From positions 9,858,001-9,922,000 of the forward strand of contig JBHGNT010000010.1 in NCBI GenBank assembly GCA_043228905.1: a stretch of DNA of 64,000 bases, given 5' to 3'. The notes under the pieces were generated by a model, which saw only the letters and a program-made list of their open reading frames with translations, ran no database searches and was not told the DNA's origin. Both the position numbers and the translations under genes were made by a program. Below, piece by piece: positions 50,849 to 63,644 of the stretch (position 1 is the first letter of the stretch; each line of letters begins with the position of its first letter). The DNA is from Azolla caroliniana (taxonomy: Eukaryota > Plantae > Polypodiophyta).

Positions 50849-52060
50849 GTGATGATGTTGGCACTGACCGTTGATGGTACGATAGATAACAGATTTGCAC
50901 CAATCCATTTCTTTTTCTTTGGGAAATCAGGTACTAAGTGTTCTTTACCACACCTTGGGCATGATGCTTCTTTTTGGAACCACTCGATAAGGTCCTGTGA
51001 TTGTTGGGTGAGACTTTGCACCGGTAGTTGTGGGGGTGTTTCGAGTGGGGAGTGTCGTGGTCGTTGTGCCATCCGGTTGTAGTACTCATGTTTGGTTGGA
51101 CACTCGTTGACCATGTGTTGGCAATTGAAGCATTTCAATTATTGTTGCGATATCCTATTGACGGGCCCCTCTGTTCTCCTCTCAAGACGTAAAATGGTAT
51201 TTGGTTGCCTTCGAAGTCCACAAAGTGGGAAAGCACCTCTTCTTCCACACTGTACTCCCGATACGAGTCTTCATATTCGTGGGCACTCCCCCCCCCAACC
51301 TGGGTTTGGTTATCAGTGGCGTATTCTAGTTCGGCGAGGCGGGCTCCGATGCGCGATAGTGGGGATTGTTGGGGAAGTATTGCCGGTAGTTGTGGGTGGC
51401 TAAGCGGTGGAAGTGATCATGGGAGCTCAACCATTGGTGTTTGGCTATACCTTCCATTTGGGGCCTACCAGCAGTTCTCTTGAGAATGCATCATGAAGGC
51501 TTTGCACCACTTACAGTATTGAGGCCGCCGTTAGTGGAGGAGGGGACACTCATGCCCTGTGTGATGGCCATGGCACACCGTACACTTTACATTTTCTCTT
51601 TGGCTGTATGCTTGGGGTCTTTCTATATGGGGTGGTCTCGACGGTGTGGGTGGAGTGGGATCCGAGGGCTTCTTAGGGTTGTTCATAGGCCCTTGGGTGG
51701 GTATCCGTAAATCGCTCATTGAATCTTCGAAAGTCATCACTACCGTACAAGCTTCAGTGAATGACCGACACATCTTGGCAATCAGGAAATTTTGGAGTGT
51801 CGGGTCAAACAACCCATTGATGAAGCGGCTCATCAATTTTTCGTCTGACATCTTGTCACCCGGGCTACAACGATGGTGAAGGCTTTTCGTGTGGCGTATG
51901 TAGTCCCTGACAGTCTTGTTTGCTTCTTGCTTGAGGGCGAAAAGTTGGTCGATTGGGTTCCATTTATTCCCTCGATGAGAAAAATTTATCAGGAAACCTT
52001 CGATAACATACTCGAAGTCCGTGACAATGTCCTCATTCAGGGTCCTAAACCAAATTCCGG
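50849..52060 (-). pseudogene. Element A gag, C-terminal part with several Zn-knuckle-like motifs
   Basis: IWFRTL..LKQEANKTVRDY..RFINGL, then CTVCHGHHTGHEC, CKWCKAFMMHSQENC, CFNCQ.HMVNEC, CPRCGKEH, across frameshifts. Confidence 0.85.
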
Positions 52061-53172
52061 TGTCGTGAGGATTTTCGGCCATGGTGAGAAAACCAAGTGG
52101 GATGGATAAAATGGGGATGTGCAACATTGCACATGCACTTGGAAGATTTGTAAAAGAAACAAATGTAAAAAAGGAAGGGTAAATGTAAGGTGTTAAAAGT
52201 GCACTACGAAAATTCATAAAGTGTAAATGTGATGTGCACTTATGTCCACATGCACATGTAGACTAAAGGGATAGTACATGAAATACGGGTGTAGTGAGTA
52301 GTGGGCATAGTGTGTGTGTGAGGAGAGGGAGTTAAGGCTCCATCAATCTCTCCTCCTAAGATAAAGGCCAAATATTCCCCCATCGAAAGAAAGGGGCGCT
52401 CTTCTTTATGTATTGTGCCTCACCCCTTACTACTATAAAGGGACTAAGAGGCCATTTTTGAGGGGCTTCCACTTTTTGGGTTTCTTTGGGTTGCCATTAG
52501 GGTTTCGGAATTTTGGGTTTTAGGATCTCGTTTTAGGGGTTTCATTCGTTTTCTTCTTCTTCTTCTTCTTTTCCCATATCTGGTTAGGGTTTCATCTAGA
52601 GGTTTACATTCGGCCTACACGGTCACGGTTGTAATTGGTGTTACCCGTTCCTTTGGGTGAACACCTTCGATAGATCTGCGTCTATCGGTCTTCAAGGGCG
52701 TGGTACGTGAAGGCTCGTAACAGAGGCGTCGAGAGAGATACAGGGCTCAGAGAGAAAACACTAGCGAGGTCTTGATAGACATGGGCGGCGTTGAACTCAT
52801 AGGTATGGATCAAAGCACAGACTCATGGAGCAAAATGGGCACAAATCAGATATATTAGAACACGGCCTATGGCCGGTGACCTTACAAGTTTATCTAATTA
52901 CGAAGGACTAAGCTAGTGCTTCTGCCTATATTTTTCTTTTTCTCTCCTCTGAGGTACTGGTCCTCGTTTAAATAACTTTTCCCCTAATACACAGCCGAGC
53001 CGTCGGTGGCCCGTGATACTCGGACTCGGCGTTCGCTAATTTCCTAATTTTACATTTCTGTCCTCTGGACAACACCTGGCACGCCCGTGGCACAGGACCT
53101 TGTCCGTCGGACCCACGACTTACAAAATACTAACAATATTACAAAAATTGCCTTTTAGGCATGATCCTCATT

Positions 53173-56100
53173 TCATTCCTCTTTTAAGATGTCGAGGATG
53201 CTTTCGGGGTCCGGGGTGGTGGCAGGGTGGTCTGGTTGAGTTTGGTCCGGGGGTGTCATATCTTCTCGGGCGTCCGCCTCAGGTGCGGCTGATTCTTCTG
53301 GTGGGGGTGTGGGTTCGAGGGCACTGACCTCTACTTCGACTGGATCTGGTACCGTGTGGGCGTCCATGGGATGTCTGTTGGCCGGGGCAAGTTCCTCCTG
53401 TGCCGTGTCCGTGATCTCCTTGCTGGAAGGTTCATCCTGCTGCTCTGTGGCCGTTGGAGGGCTGGTGGGGATGGCTGTGAGTCGTTCTCGTTCGAAGGCT
53501 TCTGCTTCCAGGCGAAACAGCATCTGACCGTCATTGAAGTCCTCCATTATTTGCTCAATTGCCGCGGTGTGAGATTTTGCCAAGGACTGGTAATCCTCGG
53601 TTAAATCTACACGCAGGTTTTGTATGCTAGCTTCGTCCATTTTGTAGAAGCCACGGCCCTCCTTCCGTCGGTTCTCGGCGTCGGCGCGTAAAATATGCAA
53701 TTCGGCAGCTTGGGCTGCCCATTCGTCTCCTGCGCGACTTAATGTTTCCTCGACCTTTTTGGTAAGGTGCTGGCATTGTTTCTCGATCAGTATTCTGACA
53801 GCCATGCCGGGTTGTGCTTGGATGGCTGCTAATTCCTGTGTTCTTAGCTCCTAGATGGCTTGAGTGTTCTTTGCATCCGCGGTTACGAGCTGGAGAGCCT
53901 GCTCGTAATGCTTGGTGAGTTCTTCGGTGGCTTGCTCCCGTTCTTTTTGACACGTGGCCCGGATTTGTTCCCGTTCGACGATTCTCTCTCCTTGTAGGGC
54001 GAAGTAGGAATCCGATAATGCGTCTTTTTGCTCTGAAAGTAGCTTGCATTTGATGAAAAACTCGTCAGCCATTTCTTTAAGGGTCGTACGCTGACTCTGC
54101 AGCTCGGCATTCTCCGCGATCATCCTCTCCTCCCGTTGGAGATTTCTTTCCTCCTGCCGATGGTTCCAGTCTTTCGCATTGTCGAGCGCGGCCTGTAGGT
54201 CTAGAACCTCCTTCTCTTTCTTCACCACTTTGGCTGCGTATTCCTCCAGCTTGCTTTTGAGTTCGGCTTCTTTGCCCGCGGCTTGCGCTTGTACCCGGCC
54301 TAGTGCTTCGTTCTGCTCGTGTATCCTTTGGTCAGCCTGGGGTCTAATCTCGGCCATCTGCTCGGAAGCTTCTTCTTTTAGGTGAGCCATCGCCTCTTGA
54401 TGCCGTTGTTTGTGTCTCTCGGTTCGCCGTTGTTCTTCTTTAAGCTCCGCGCGGTAATCCCGGAGCGGGGGTTATGTCTGGGTTGCCACCTCCTTGGGTG
54501 CACGAGGTGGTGGTATCTCGGTCTTCTCCATGGGCGTGGGTGCCTCGGTTGTTGTGCAGGCATCGACCATTTGTAACGAGTCCGTTTGTGTATTGGCCTG
54601 CACCGTCAGGATTGAGTCGGTGATGGTGCTTTCATCCATCATTGTTATGCGTGGAGGCGCTGGGAGGGCCTCGGTGGTCAAGACCGGAAGGCTCAAGAGT
54701 TGTTGTTCCAGCCGGTTTTGCTCCCAGGCTGCTAGCTTCTGGTTCGCAGTGTGCCATAATTCTGTAGCCATCTTAGCCTGTTTTTGGGCTATTTTTATCT
54801 TTCGGGCCATGTCTTTGGTTGCCTGCGTAGTGCAATCCAGGTCCCGATATGCCTCGATAAGGGTCGTGTTCAACTCGGGGACTTCCATGAGGAGAGCAGC
54901 CTGTTTTTCCTACTTCTTCCTCCCGATTTTTTGTAAAGCCCTCTCCTCCTGGGGCTCAATTTCACCTATTAGCGCACGTTGAATCATTTTTGTTTCGGCG
55001 TGCTCCTCCGCCATTCGAGCGGCTGCCGCGACTTGGGCTCTGGCGAGGAAGTCGACCAGCTCAAATGTCGTACCGAGGCGTAGGAGCGCACTAAATTCGT
55101 AAGCCTCCGCGGGGAGGTCCTTATACCCGAGGACTTCATCCTCTGAGGTCTGTGTTGTCTACCCATGCTCGATCTTTCCCTGGTTCAGCGATGCCTCCTC
55201 AGGGATGATGGCCAGGTTGCGCTGTCGGACAACTAAGGCTTGCTCCTATTGTGGCTCTTTCTGTTCTTCCGAGGACTCGCGGTTGAGTCTTCTTCTCTTG
55301 CTTGGCTGTGTTTGGGGTTCCGGGGCCGGTAGTGTTGTTTCCTCCGCCCGCTTCCTTTTTTGGGGTCGTGGTGGTGCAGCCTGTTGTGTGTTGGGGCGTG
55401 GGCTAGGCCCTGGGGACGTTACCGAGGGGTGCGACGTTGGCTGTCGAATGGTGACGTCATCAACCGTGTTGTCTTCCGTGGCTACCTCCTCCCATTCTTG
55501 GCAGGTCTCGGAAACTGCCCTTTTTTGTTGGGGTTGGGTGGGTGGTGGTGCAGGTGTGGGGTTTTGGTCGGCCGCAGGAGGTGAAGGCGATGTGGGCTCC
55601 TCCCATGCTTTGTGGCTGATGGCAACGAATTTCTCTCTCTGCCTTCGTGGTGGTGGTGGGGACGTGAGTGTGCGAGGGGAAGGAAGAGAAGAGGGTGGGT
55701 ATAGAACCATCAAAAAGTGGGTAAGAACAGACAACATCTTCTTACCGGACTGAAATGAAGCTAAGGCGACGCGGAGTTCCTCGCCAATCGATTATGTTTC
55801 CTTCATACGCGCTGATTATGATGGTTGCCTTGTTCTATGGCATGCTCGTTGGGTTCATATGCACAAACGCATACTCCATTAATATACGAGCAATCTCCCC
55901 GAAAGCTTTGTTGGGACCGCCATACGTGCGATATGCCTTCCCTGAGGCTGAGTACTCACCGAAGTACGCCTTCATCTTTGATGCTGGGGGTATGTCGACC
56001 TCATGGTCCCCTCCCCGTTGCAGGTCCAAAACAGCCTGAAGCACGTTGTTGGTGATGGCTTCGGGAGTTATGCGTTTAGCCACACCTTGGGCATCTGGGT

Positions 56101-56188
56101 GTGCGGGGGCATCGATGATCTTCAGGTAACCGCCCATTCCCTGTTCATGGAGCCAGGCGCGGGTTTCTGTTGAGGTGGTAAGAGGCAT
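53173..56188 (-). pseudogene. Extra 3' ORF of element C (globular N-terminus, Pro-rich linker, long coiled coil, acidic tail), degenerate
   Basis: Co-oriented fragments 55835-56188, 55246-55737, 54472-54888, 53851-54390, 53173-53805. A TATA-like CCTATTTAAG (minus, ~56555) and a pyrimidine-rich leader lie upstream. Confidence 0.75.
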
Positions 56189-56803
56189 GGTGGAGATGGA
56201 GACGGGGTTCGACTGTGTGGAAGCATGAAGAAGAGTGATGAGGCGAGGGCGAGACACAGGAGGAACAACAGGAAGGGGAAGTCCAGCAAAGGGGTTATGA
56301 GAGCGAAAGAGGGCTTGAGAGCAAGAGCGTTTAGCGTGATGAGGGCGAGACGGGGTTTCTGAGCTTGAGAGCGATGGAGATGGGGAGCGATAATGGTTTG
56401 TGCTGCGTTTTGGAGACAGTTTTAGTAACTTACTCCTAGGGTTTTGTGCCTGAAGCTAATCCTGAAGATTCTGAGTCGTGGGTGCCATAATAAGTGACTA
56501 GCACCACGTGTCCTGAAGGTGAGTGGGGTGCTTCTAGTGCTTTGCATGTGCTTAAATAGGTACTAAATGAGTGGTGGCGATGGGTGCTCCTAAAATTGTG
56601 GGTGCCTAGGTGGGTGGTGTAGGTGTAGCTAATCAGTGGCTAAACTATGGTTAATCCTACCTACTACTACTTTTATTAATTTCAAGAAGGTGGGTGAGTC
56701 CTTATTCAGGGGGACACGTGGCGTCCTCCGTGGTGGTCTCCCGAGACTTGTTTGTGCCGTGTGGCTCGGTAAACGGGTTGGGTGGTGTAGTCCCTCGATA
56801 TGG

Positions 56804-59800
56804 TCAAAGTCGGAAACCATTGGCCCAGCTTTTGACAGTGTCGCCGGCGAGTGTGCCGAGCTGGAACGTCCCGTTGAACTCGTCGATAATCCAGAATGGA
56901 CCGGTCCACCGAAATCTTAATTTTCCCGGCATTGACCCGAGTCGTGTTTGAAAAAGAAGAACTGGTTTGCCGATGGTGAGCTCCTTCTCCAGCCCGTGTC
57001 GATGTTGATCCACGAAAGCCTTGCGTTGCCGTTGGCATTGTTCAAGTTGGGCCATACTCTCTATCCTATCTTCGCCGAGTTCGAGGAGTTGTTCCAGCCG
57101 GGATTGCTCGGATTGGGCCTCGAGGAGCCGTGCTTTGACTTGAACTCGGAGGCTCGGGACTTGGAACTCGACGGGCATTATGGCTTCTAACCCGAACGCC
57201 ATTCGAAAGGGGGTCGATTGGATGCTTGTTTTGAAAGTCGTACGATACACCCACAACGCGCTCTAGAGTTTGTCATCCCAATCGGTCTTGTTTTCATTGA
57301 CAATCTTCTTCAGTATGGTTTGGAGGATTTTATTGGTCGATTCCGCCAAGCCGTTCGCCTACGGGTAGTATGGTGTGCTTTTCTTGTGCACCACCGCGTA
57401 GTGGTGTGTAAGCTCACGTATTATATGATTGATGAAGTGCCCACCTTGGTCACTAACAAGCTTGATTGGGCATCCGTAATGGCACCGGAGGTGCTCGTAC
57501 ACGAATTTAGCCGTGGATGCCGCCGTGTTATCTCGGAGTGCCATAGCCTCGACCCATTTGGTGCAGTAATCCGTGGCAACGATAATATACCTATTCCCTG
57601 TTCGGGCCGCAGGTGGTTTGAAAGGGCCTACAAAATCCAAACCCCATTTTTGAAATGGGTCCAACGGAAGAATCGGCTAGTGTGGCATCCGTGACTGTTC
57701 CATTGGTTGCCCCAGTCGTTGGCACAAATCACACTGCCGGCAAAACTCGTGAGCGTCTTTCTTCGTTGTCGGCCACCACAATCCACTTTGCCAAACTTTC
57801 CTTGTCGTGGAATCCCCAGCGTAGTGCCCCCCAACTACTCCCTGGTGGGCTTCCTGAAGAACGGCGTTCTTCTCGAATTGCCGAATCGCTCGGCGCCATA
57901 TGCCGTCCGAGCCTTTGTGGTAGAGAATGTCCGAGACGAGGCAAAAATTCCGGCTACGCACTGCTAGGCGTTTTCTCGTGTCAAGGGTCATGTGCTCGGG
58001 AGGTACACCGGTAGTGAGAAAATGGGTCATCTCCGTGATCCATTCATCTCCGTTATCGTCTGGTATCGTCGTCAAGTTAAATAGGCTGGCGTCCGGTAGC
58101 TCGTCGTACGTTGTTTTCGCCGGTTCTCCTGACTCAAGACGGCTCAAGTAGTCGGCGACGACATGTTGTACCCCGGGTCGATGCTGAATCTGGAAATCAA
58201 ACTCTTGTAGTAGGAGCATCCACCGAGCCAACCGTCCGGTAAGGGCTTGTTTATTGACCAAATAAAGAAGGGCCGAGTGATCCACGTGAAAGGTAAATTT
58301 TCGGCCCAAGAGGTAATGCCGAAATTTATTGATGCTATAAATCATACTGAGGGCCTCCCGCTCGGTGGTGGAGTAATTCTTTTCCGCGGTCGAGAGCCAT
58401 CAGCTGGCGTAGTACACGGGCCTATACCAATTCGGGGGTGTGCATTGCATCAGGGCACTTCCGATGGCGATGTCTGAAGCATCTACGAAGACATGAAACG
58501 GTTCGGACCAAACCGGAGACTGGACCACCGGGGCATGTGACAACATTCGTTTCAGGGTCTGATAGGCCGTGTCCTCGATTGACGTCCATTGGAAAGGAAG
58601 GCGATGGACTGTCGCGTGTAACGGTGTCGCGAAATCGGCCAGGTGTCGTATCATTCGGCTGTGCCACCGGATCTGTCCCAAAAAACGGCTTAGTGCCTTA
58701 GCGTTCGAGGGTGCGGTGGCATTCAGGATTGCCTTTACTTTATCCGGGTCCATAGTGATGCCTTCTTGACTGACAATGTGGCCGAGAAGGTTGCCGCTGG
58801 TGACTAAGAACGCGCATTTCGCCAGGTTTAAACTCAATCGAGCTTGGCGACATCGGTCCAGGCAGAGTCATAACTGGGTCATGTGTTCCCGTCGATGGCC
58901 ATACACGGCGAAATCGTCGAGAAAGACTTGCATGAACGCCGGGATGTAGTCATGAAAGATTTCGGTGATGATGCGCTGGAACGTAGCCGGCGCCGTTTTT
59001 AGACCGAACATCATAACTTCTGCTACAAAAACACCCCATTCCATGACGAAAGCGGTTTTCTCTTGATCCTCCGGGTGCATTCTTATCTGGTTATAGACGC
59101 TGAACTCGTCGAGGAAACTGTAGCATTCGTGGCCGGCTACTGTGTCGAGGACGCTATCTGTGAATGGGAGAGGGAAACCGTCGGTGACTGTTGCCGCGTT
59201 AAGCTTCCGATAGTCAACGCAGACGCGGATTTTTCCGTTCTTCTTTGGGACCACTACGATCGGGCTCAACCATGTAGCCCGTTTAACAAGGCGAATGAAG
59301 CCCACTCGGAGTAGTTTGTCAATTTCCTCTTTGACTTTAGCGGCGTAGTTGGGGTTCATCCTGTAGCGCCTGTGCTGAACCGGCCGAGTGTCGGGTAAGA
59401 TGTGAATTTGATGTTGGTAGTATTGAGGATCCAGCCCCTTCATATCGGTGTAAGACCAAGAGAAAACATCCTGTAGTCGGTGAGTAATTTTACGAGGCAT
59501 GCCCGTTCTCCGGTTGGTAGATTATTGGCAATTTGTACCGTACGGGGATTCTCGTCTGAACCGAGGTTTATTGTTTCCAGGGTTGATGCTTTCACTCATT
59601 GTGAAATGGCGAGTTCGCGTTCGAAAGCCTCCCGAGCATGACGTAGCTCGGCAACTGTGGTTGCATCTGGTTCATCCTGGGGTGGTGACTCCTCCGTGAC
59701 TTCCTCCTCTTTAGATGGCTCGATGGTTGGTAAGGCATTGATTTTGAAGAGAGGGATGATCGTGGGATGATCATCTAGGAAGTCATCGACCTCCTCATCG

Positions 59801-61971
59801 GCCAACCCGTCAAGCATATGGACCCCTTCTGCGTATAACGGCGAAGTGTTGAGGGCGACGGGGACTTGTTCTTCAGTGATGATTCAGACTTTTGTCTTTC
59901 CTCTTCGGAACGAGATCATGTTGTGTTGTCAATGTTGCTTGATATTCGTTGTACGCAACCATGGTCGACCTAGTAAAATTGGGTAGGCACCTTGTGTCTC
60001 CAGTCTTAGCACGACGGCCAAGATCATGAACATGTGGCCTCCGAGTGTGAAGTCGAGATGGCGGATTAAACCAATGGGGCGAACGGAGCGGGTGTCGGCC
60101 ATCCAAAGCCAAAAGGGGCATAGTTCCCATTGATTCAAGCTGAGGTTGAGACACGTTGACTCGCTAATAACATTTACGCCGGATCCGCCGTTGATGATGC
60201 ATCCGTGCAGGTCTTGTCCCTTAATGATGATTCGCACAGCTGGGTTCTGAGAATCCATGAGTGGTGGACCGGTTCCTGCTTCGGTGAGGTGTACCGGTGG
60301 CGTCACGGGCTTAGTATTGGCCTGGAGTGCGGCCAGGGTGTCCCGAAATCTCGGCATGAGTGGTAGCAGTTTATGTAGGGGCAGCGAGATGCGGGAGTTG
60401 GTAAGAACATCCCATAGTTGGTCGTCCTCCGATGACGTGGATGGTGCCGAGGTTTGTGGTACTTCACTGGGCCTGTCTCTCATGTCAGTTTGCATGCGTA
60501 CAACATTATTTTTATTGGCCGTGTCGATCCATTCTTTTGCTGCCTGACGTACTTCATCCTGGATTTGCCACTGAGTAGTCTGTGCTTTACTCCCGGTAGT
60601 GACCGTTTGAACATCGGCCATGATACTGTTCACCGCGGGTGCCTTGCCACGGTTGGTTGTCAGACATTGCGTGGCGTAGTGGCCTGGTTGATTACATTTA
60701 AAACATGTCACATTGGCCGAGCTGTTGGTGTCCGCTCGGTCTGTGTGTGGAAGTTGTTGTTGTTGATTCTCGGTCTCATTTGGTGGTGGGTTGTTCCGAG
60801 GTGCGTTGGAGTTGCGCTGGTCATTTTGAGGAGCGTCCTGTCGGCGGTTTTCATTAGGTCTTCTATTGTTGCATGTGTTCCGGTTGCCATTTCGTCGATC
60901 AATGCGTGAGTTCCGTCAGTCATACCGGTCATCGCGATCGTCATCATATCGGGCGTAATCGTCGTGTCGATCATCGCGATAATGATCACGGCGGTTATCA
61001 CATCGGTAGTCGTCGTCTCGGCGCCGTCAATCCGGGGTTCATGGTTGGTCGTAATCCTGGTCTCGGTAGATATATCGCTCGTCCTACCGAGAGTATGTAT
61101 TTCGTGGCTCGATCTGGCGGACCGGTGCCGCCGTTGTGCGGTTCAGCATATTATATTTGCACTGCTCGACCATGTGAGCTCGAGACTGACAGATCGGACA
61201 CTGTAGTCGGTGGGGACATTCGAGGGCCAGGTGCCCTGATCCTGAACACACGGTGCATTGGAGGGCTTGGTGAAAGCGATTGTCCTCTTGGGGAAGAGCG
61301 TTTTGCAAGGATGTCATCGAGAAGGCCGTGTCGTGCTGGTTCCGATCGAGGGCGAGAATGCGCGCTATGACTTGTTCAATAGTATGGTTGGCGAAATTTG
61401 TAAGTGCGAGAGTCGTTCGTAGAGGCTCTCGTAAACTGGATAGGAAAGTGTCTGGTATATTTTGTGCCGAGACATCATTGGCCACTTGTCTGTAGAGATC
61501 CTGGAACCGGATCGTGAACTGCGCGACCGTTTCGTGCAGTTCCTGGCATATAGAGAAAAATTGCCGGAGCAGTTCCCGTTTAGGCACCTCGCGATGAAAA
61601 AGTTCAAGGAACTTTGTGCGCACGATTTGGAAAGTGGTGGCCTCTCCTATTTCGAGGCGAGAGTACCATCGTGTGGCCGGTCCATCGAGGGAGAATGTGA
61701 ACTCGGCAATCTTCGAGGCATCGATTTCGGCCGGCGTGAGGCGGTGCGTGGAGTGGTTAGACTGCCACGTGGATATGAAGGCACGGACGTGTGACTTCGC
61801 GTCTGGTCCGTCGGTGTATCGTGGGTATGGGTACGACATGATGTCATACTGTGGGTCTTCTGGTAGCATCGGAAAAGGGTTTAGTTCCGGTTGATTTACC
61901 TCCGGAGGGCTCGACGGGGGTTTTGGTGGTGAATCAACTCGCGATCGAGTGTCTGGTGGTGAGGATTGCAC
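56804..61971 (-). pseudogene. Element C gag-pol (gag, three knuckles, PR, RT, RH, INT), frameshifted
   Basis: Gag YPRYTDGPDAKSHV. Knuckles CTVCSGSGHLALEC, CPICQSRAHMVEQC, CFKCNQPGHYATQC. PR IINGGSGVN..LLGRPW. RT VCVDYRKLN..FLDDF. RH VFVDASD. INT WGLDFVGP..SDQG. Confidence 0.93.
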
Positions 61972-62798
61972 TGGACAAGCCTCCGATTGATCGGGAAAGG
62001 ATTGGTCAGTGACCGCCGAGTCGGAAGTTCCTTCAACTGGCTCAGGGCATCGGGTGGGTGGCCGAGACCTCGTGGTGCGAGAGGGCGCCCTAACGGTGGC
62101 TGGTGGTTACCTTCAACGAAGTTCGCTATGCACTCACAGCTGTAACCGGGCGTGCCAAATTGTGTTACTCGTTCCTTTGGGTGAACACCTTCGATAGATC
62201 TGCGGCTATCGGTCTTCAAGGGCGTGGTACGTGAAGGCTCGTAACAGAGGCGTTGAGAGAGATACAGGGCTCTGAGAGAAAACTCTAGCGAGGTCTTGAT
62301 AGAAGTGGGCGGCGTTGAACTCATAGGTATGGATCAAAGCACAGACTCATGGAGCAAAATGGGCACAAATCAGATCTATTACTATGACAGAAAAGATTAC
62401 AGAACACGGCCTATGGCCGGTGACCTTACAAGTTTATCTAATTACGAAGGACTAAGCTAGTGCTTCCGCCTATATTTTTCTTTTTCTCTCCTCTGAGGTA
62501 CTGGTCCTCGTTTAAATAACTTTTCCCCTAATACACAGCCGAGCCGTCGGTGGCCCGTGATACTCGGAATCGGCGTTTGCTAATTTCCTAATTTTACATT
62601 TCTCTCCTCTGGACAACAATTGGTGTGGTGCTTTCCATAATGTACGTTGTCTTGTTTAGATCTTATTCTCTTGAATCTTAATCTTTCTCTTCCTTCTTGG
62701 TTGAACTCTCAGGCTTCTCTCCCTCCTCTTACTCCCTAGTCCAAGACCCCTGTGGTCCCATCCTATCTGACACGTATGCGCGATTTCCACGACACCGG

Positions 62799-63510
62799 CT
62801 TGGTCGTCGAGTGTAAGTCTGAATGCGGCTACTTTGGTAGTCTCTGTGAGGGGTTCATAAGCTCGACATATCTGCGTGAACCTCTCTACGTGATCATATG
62901 CGTCACTGAAACCAAGAAAACAAGGTACTAGTTTAGAAATGGAAGCGCTCTTCCCACTGTCGTTTGTGGGGTTTCTCGAATTGTCCGTGGGTGTTCGTTC
63001 TTTTCCCATCAATGCCATGAGGGTTTGGATGGATTGTAATGCTAGTGCGAGTTCAGCATTTGGGGGTGTTGGGGTAGTTTTGTCGGGTGTCGGGATCGTG
63101 TCCATATGTGGCGGCGTCGCGTGTCGTCGCGTGTCGTCGCGTGTGTGCTTCATTTGGGATGTTGCCCGTTGTGCTCGAATGCAGTGCCGGGCTGGGCTCG
63201 CAGTCTCAACGGTGCATATGTGACGATGCTTCTAGGAGGTTAAGTTTTTGTTGCACTCGCGCGAACATGTCTTTCCTTTCTGCCAAAGTGGCTTCAATAT
63301 CTCGAGTGATGATTTCCGGTTGTTCCCCTTTTGCGAGTTGCATCGTCCATATATTGATTTCTTGTTCTATCACACGTAACTCTTCCGCGGCATCCTATAT
63401 GTGTTGCTCTACATTGAGCGGGTCTACCATTGGGCTCTCCTCTAGTGGGGGTGTGTTGAGAGGTGCTTTGGTTCCAGGTTCGATGGGAGGTTCATGTTTG
63501 GTAGTGTCCT
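62799..63510 (-). pseudogene. Element A gag, N-terminal part
   Basis: SKLVPCFLGFSDAYDHVERFTQICRAY..KVAAFRLTLDDQAG, which continues at 52060 once D is removed. The upstream limit is approximate. Confidence 0.8.
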
Positions 63511-63644
63511 TGGGTTAACCACCCTCCGTGGTATCGAGTCGGGTTAGATGGGTCAACACCTTGTGCTTGGTTGGTTTGTGTGAACTCCTCTTGGCATGTG
63601 GATCGGGTTTTGAACATCCCTGTCCATGAGGATTTGGCCATGTT

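Larger units (their letters stand above)
52639..62618 (-). mobile_element. Full-length non-chromovirus Ty3/gypsy element C (Athila/Tat-like); LTRs 52639-53074 (3') and 62163-62618 (5')
   Basis: TG..CA LTRs differing by about 11 substitutions and one ~20-bp indel by eye. Perfect TSD ATTGG (52634-52638, 62619-62623). PBS TGGCACGCCCGGT on minus (62157-62145). Confidence 0.96.
52061..62794. mobile_element. Solo LTR D (about 750 bp: 52061-52638 plus 62624-62794) inserted in A gag and itself split by element C
   Basis: Inverted termini TGTCGTG...CACGACA. 4-bp TSD CCGG (52057-52060, 62795-62798). Removing it restores the gag frame D-D-Q-A-G-I-W-F-R. Confidence 0.88.
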
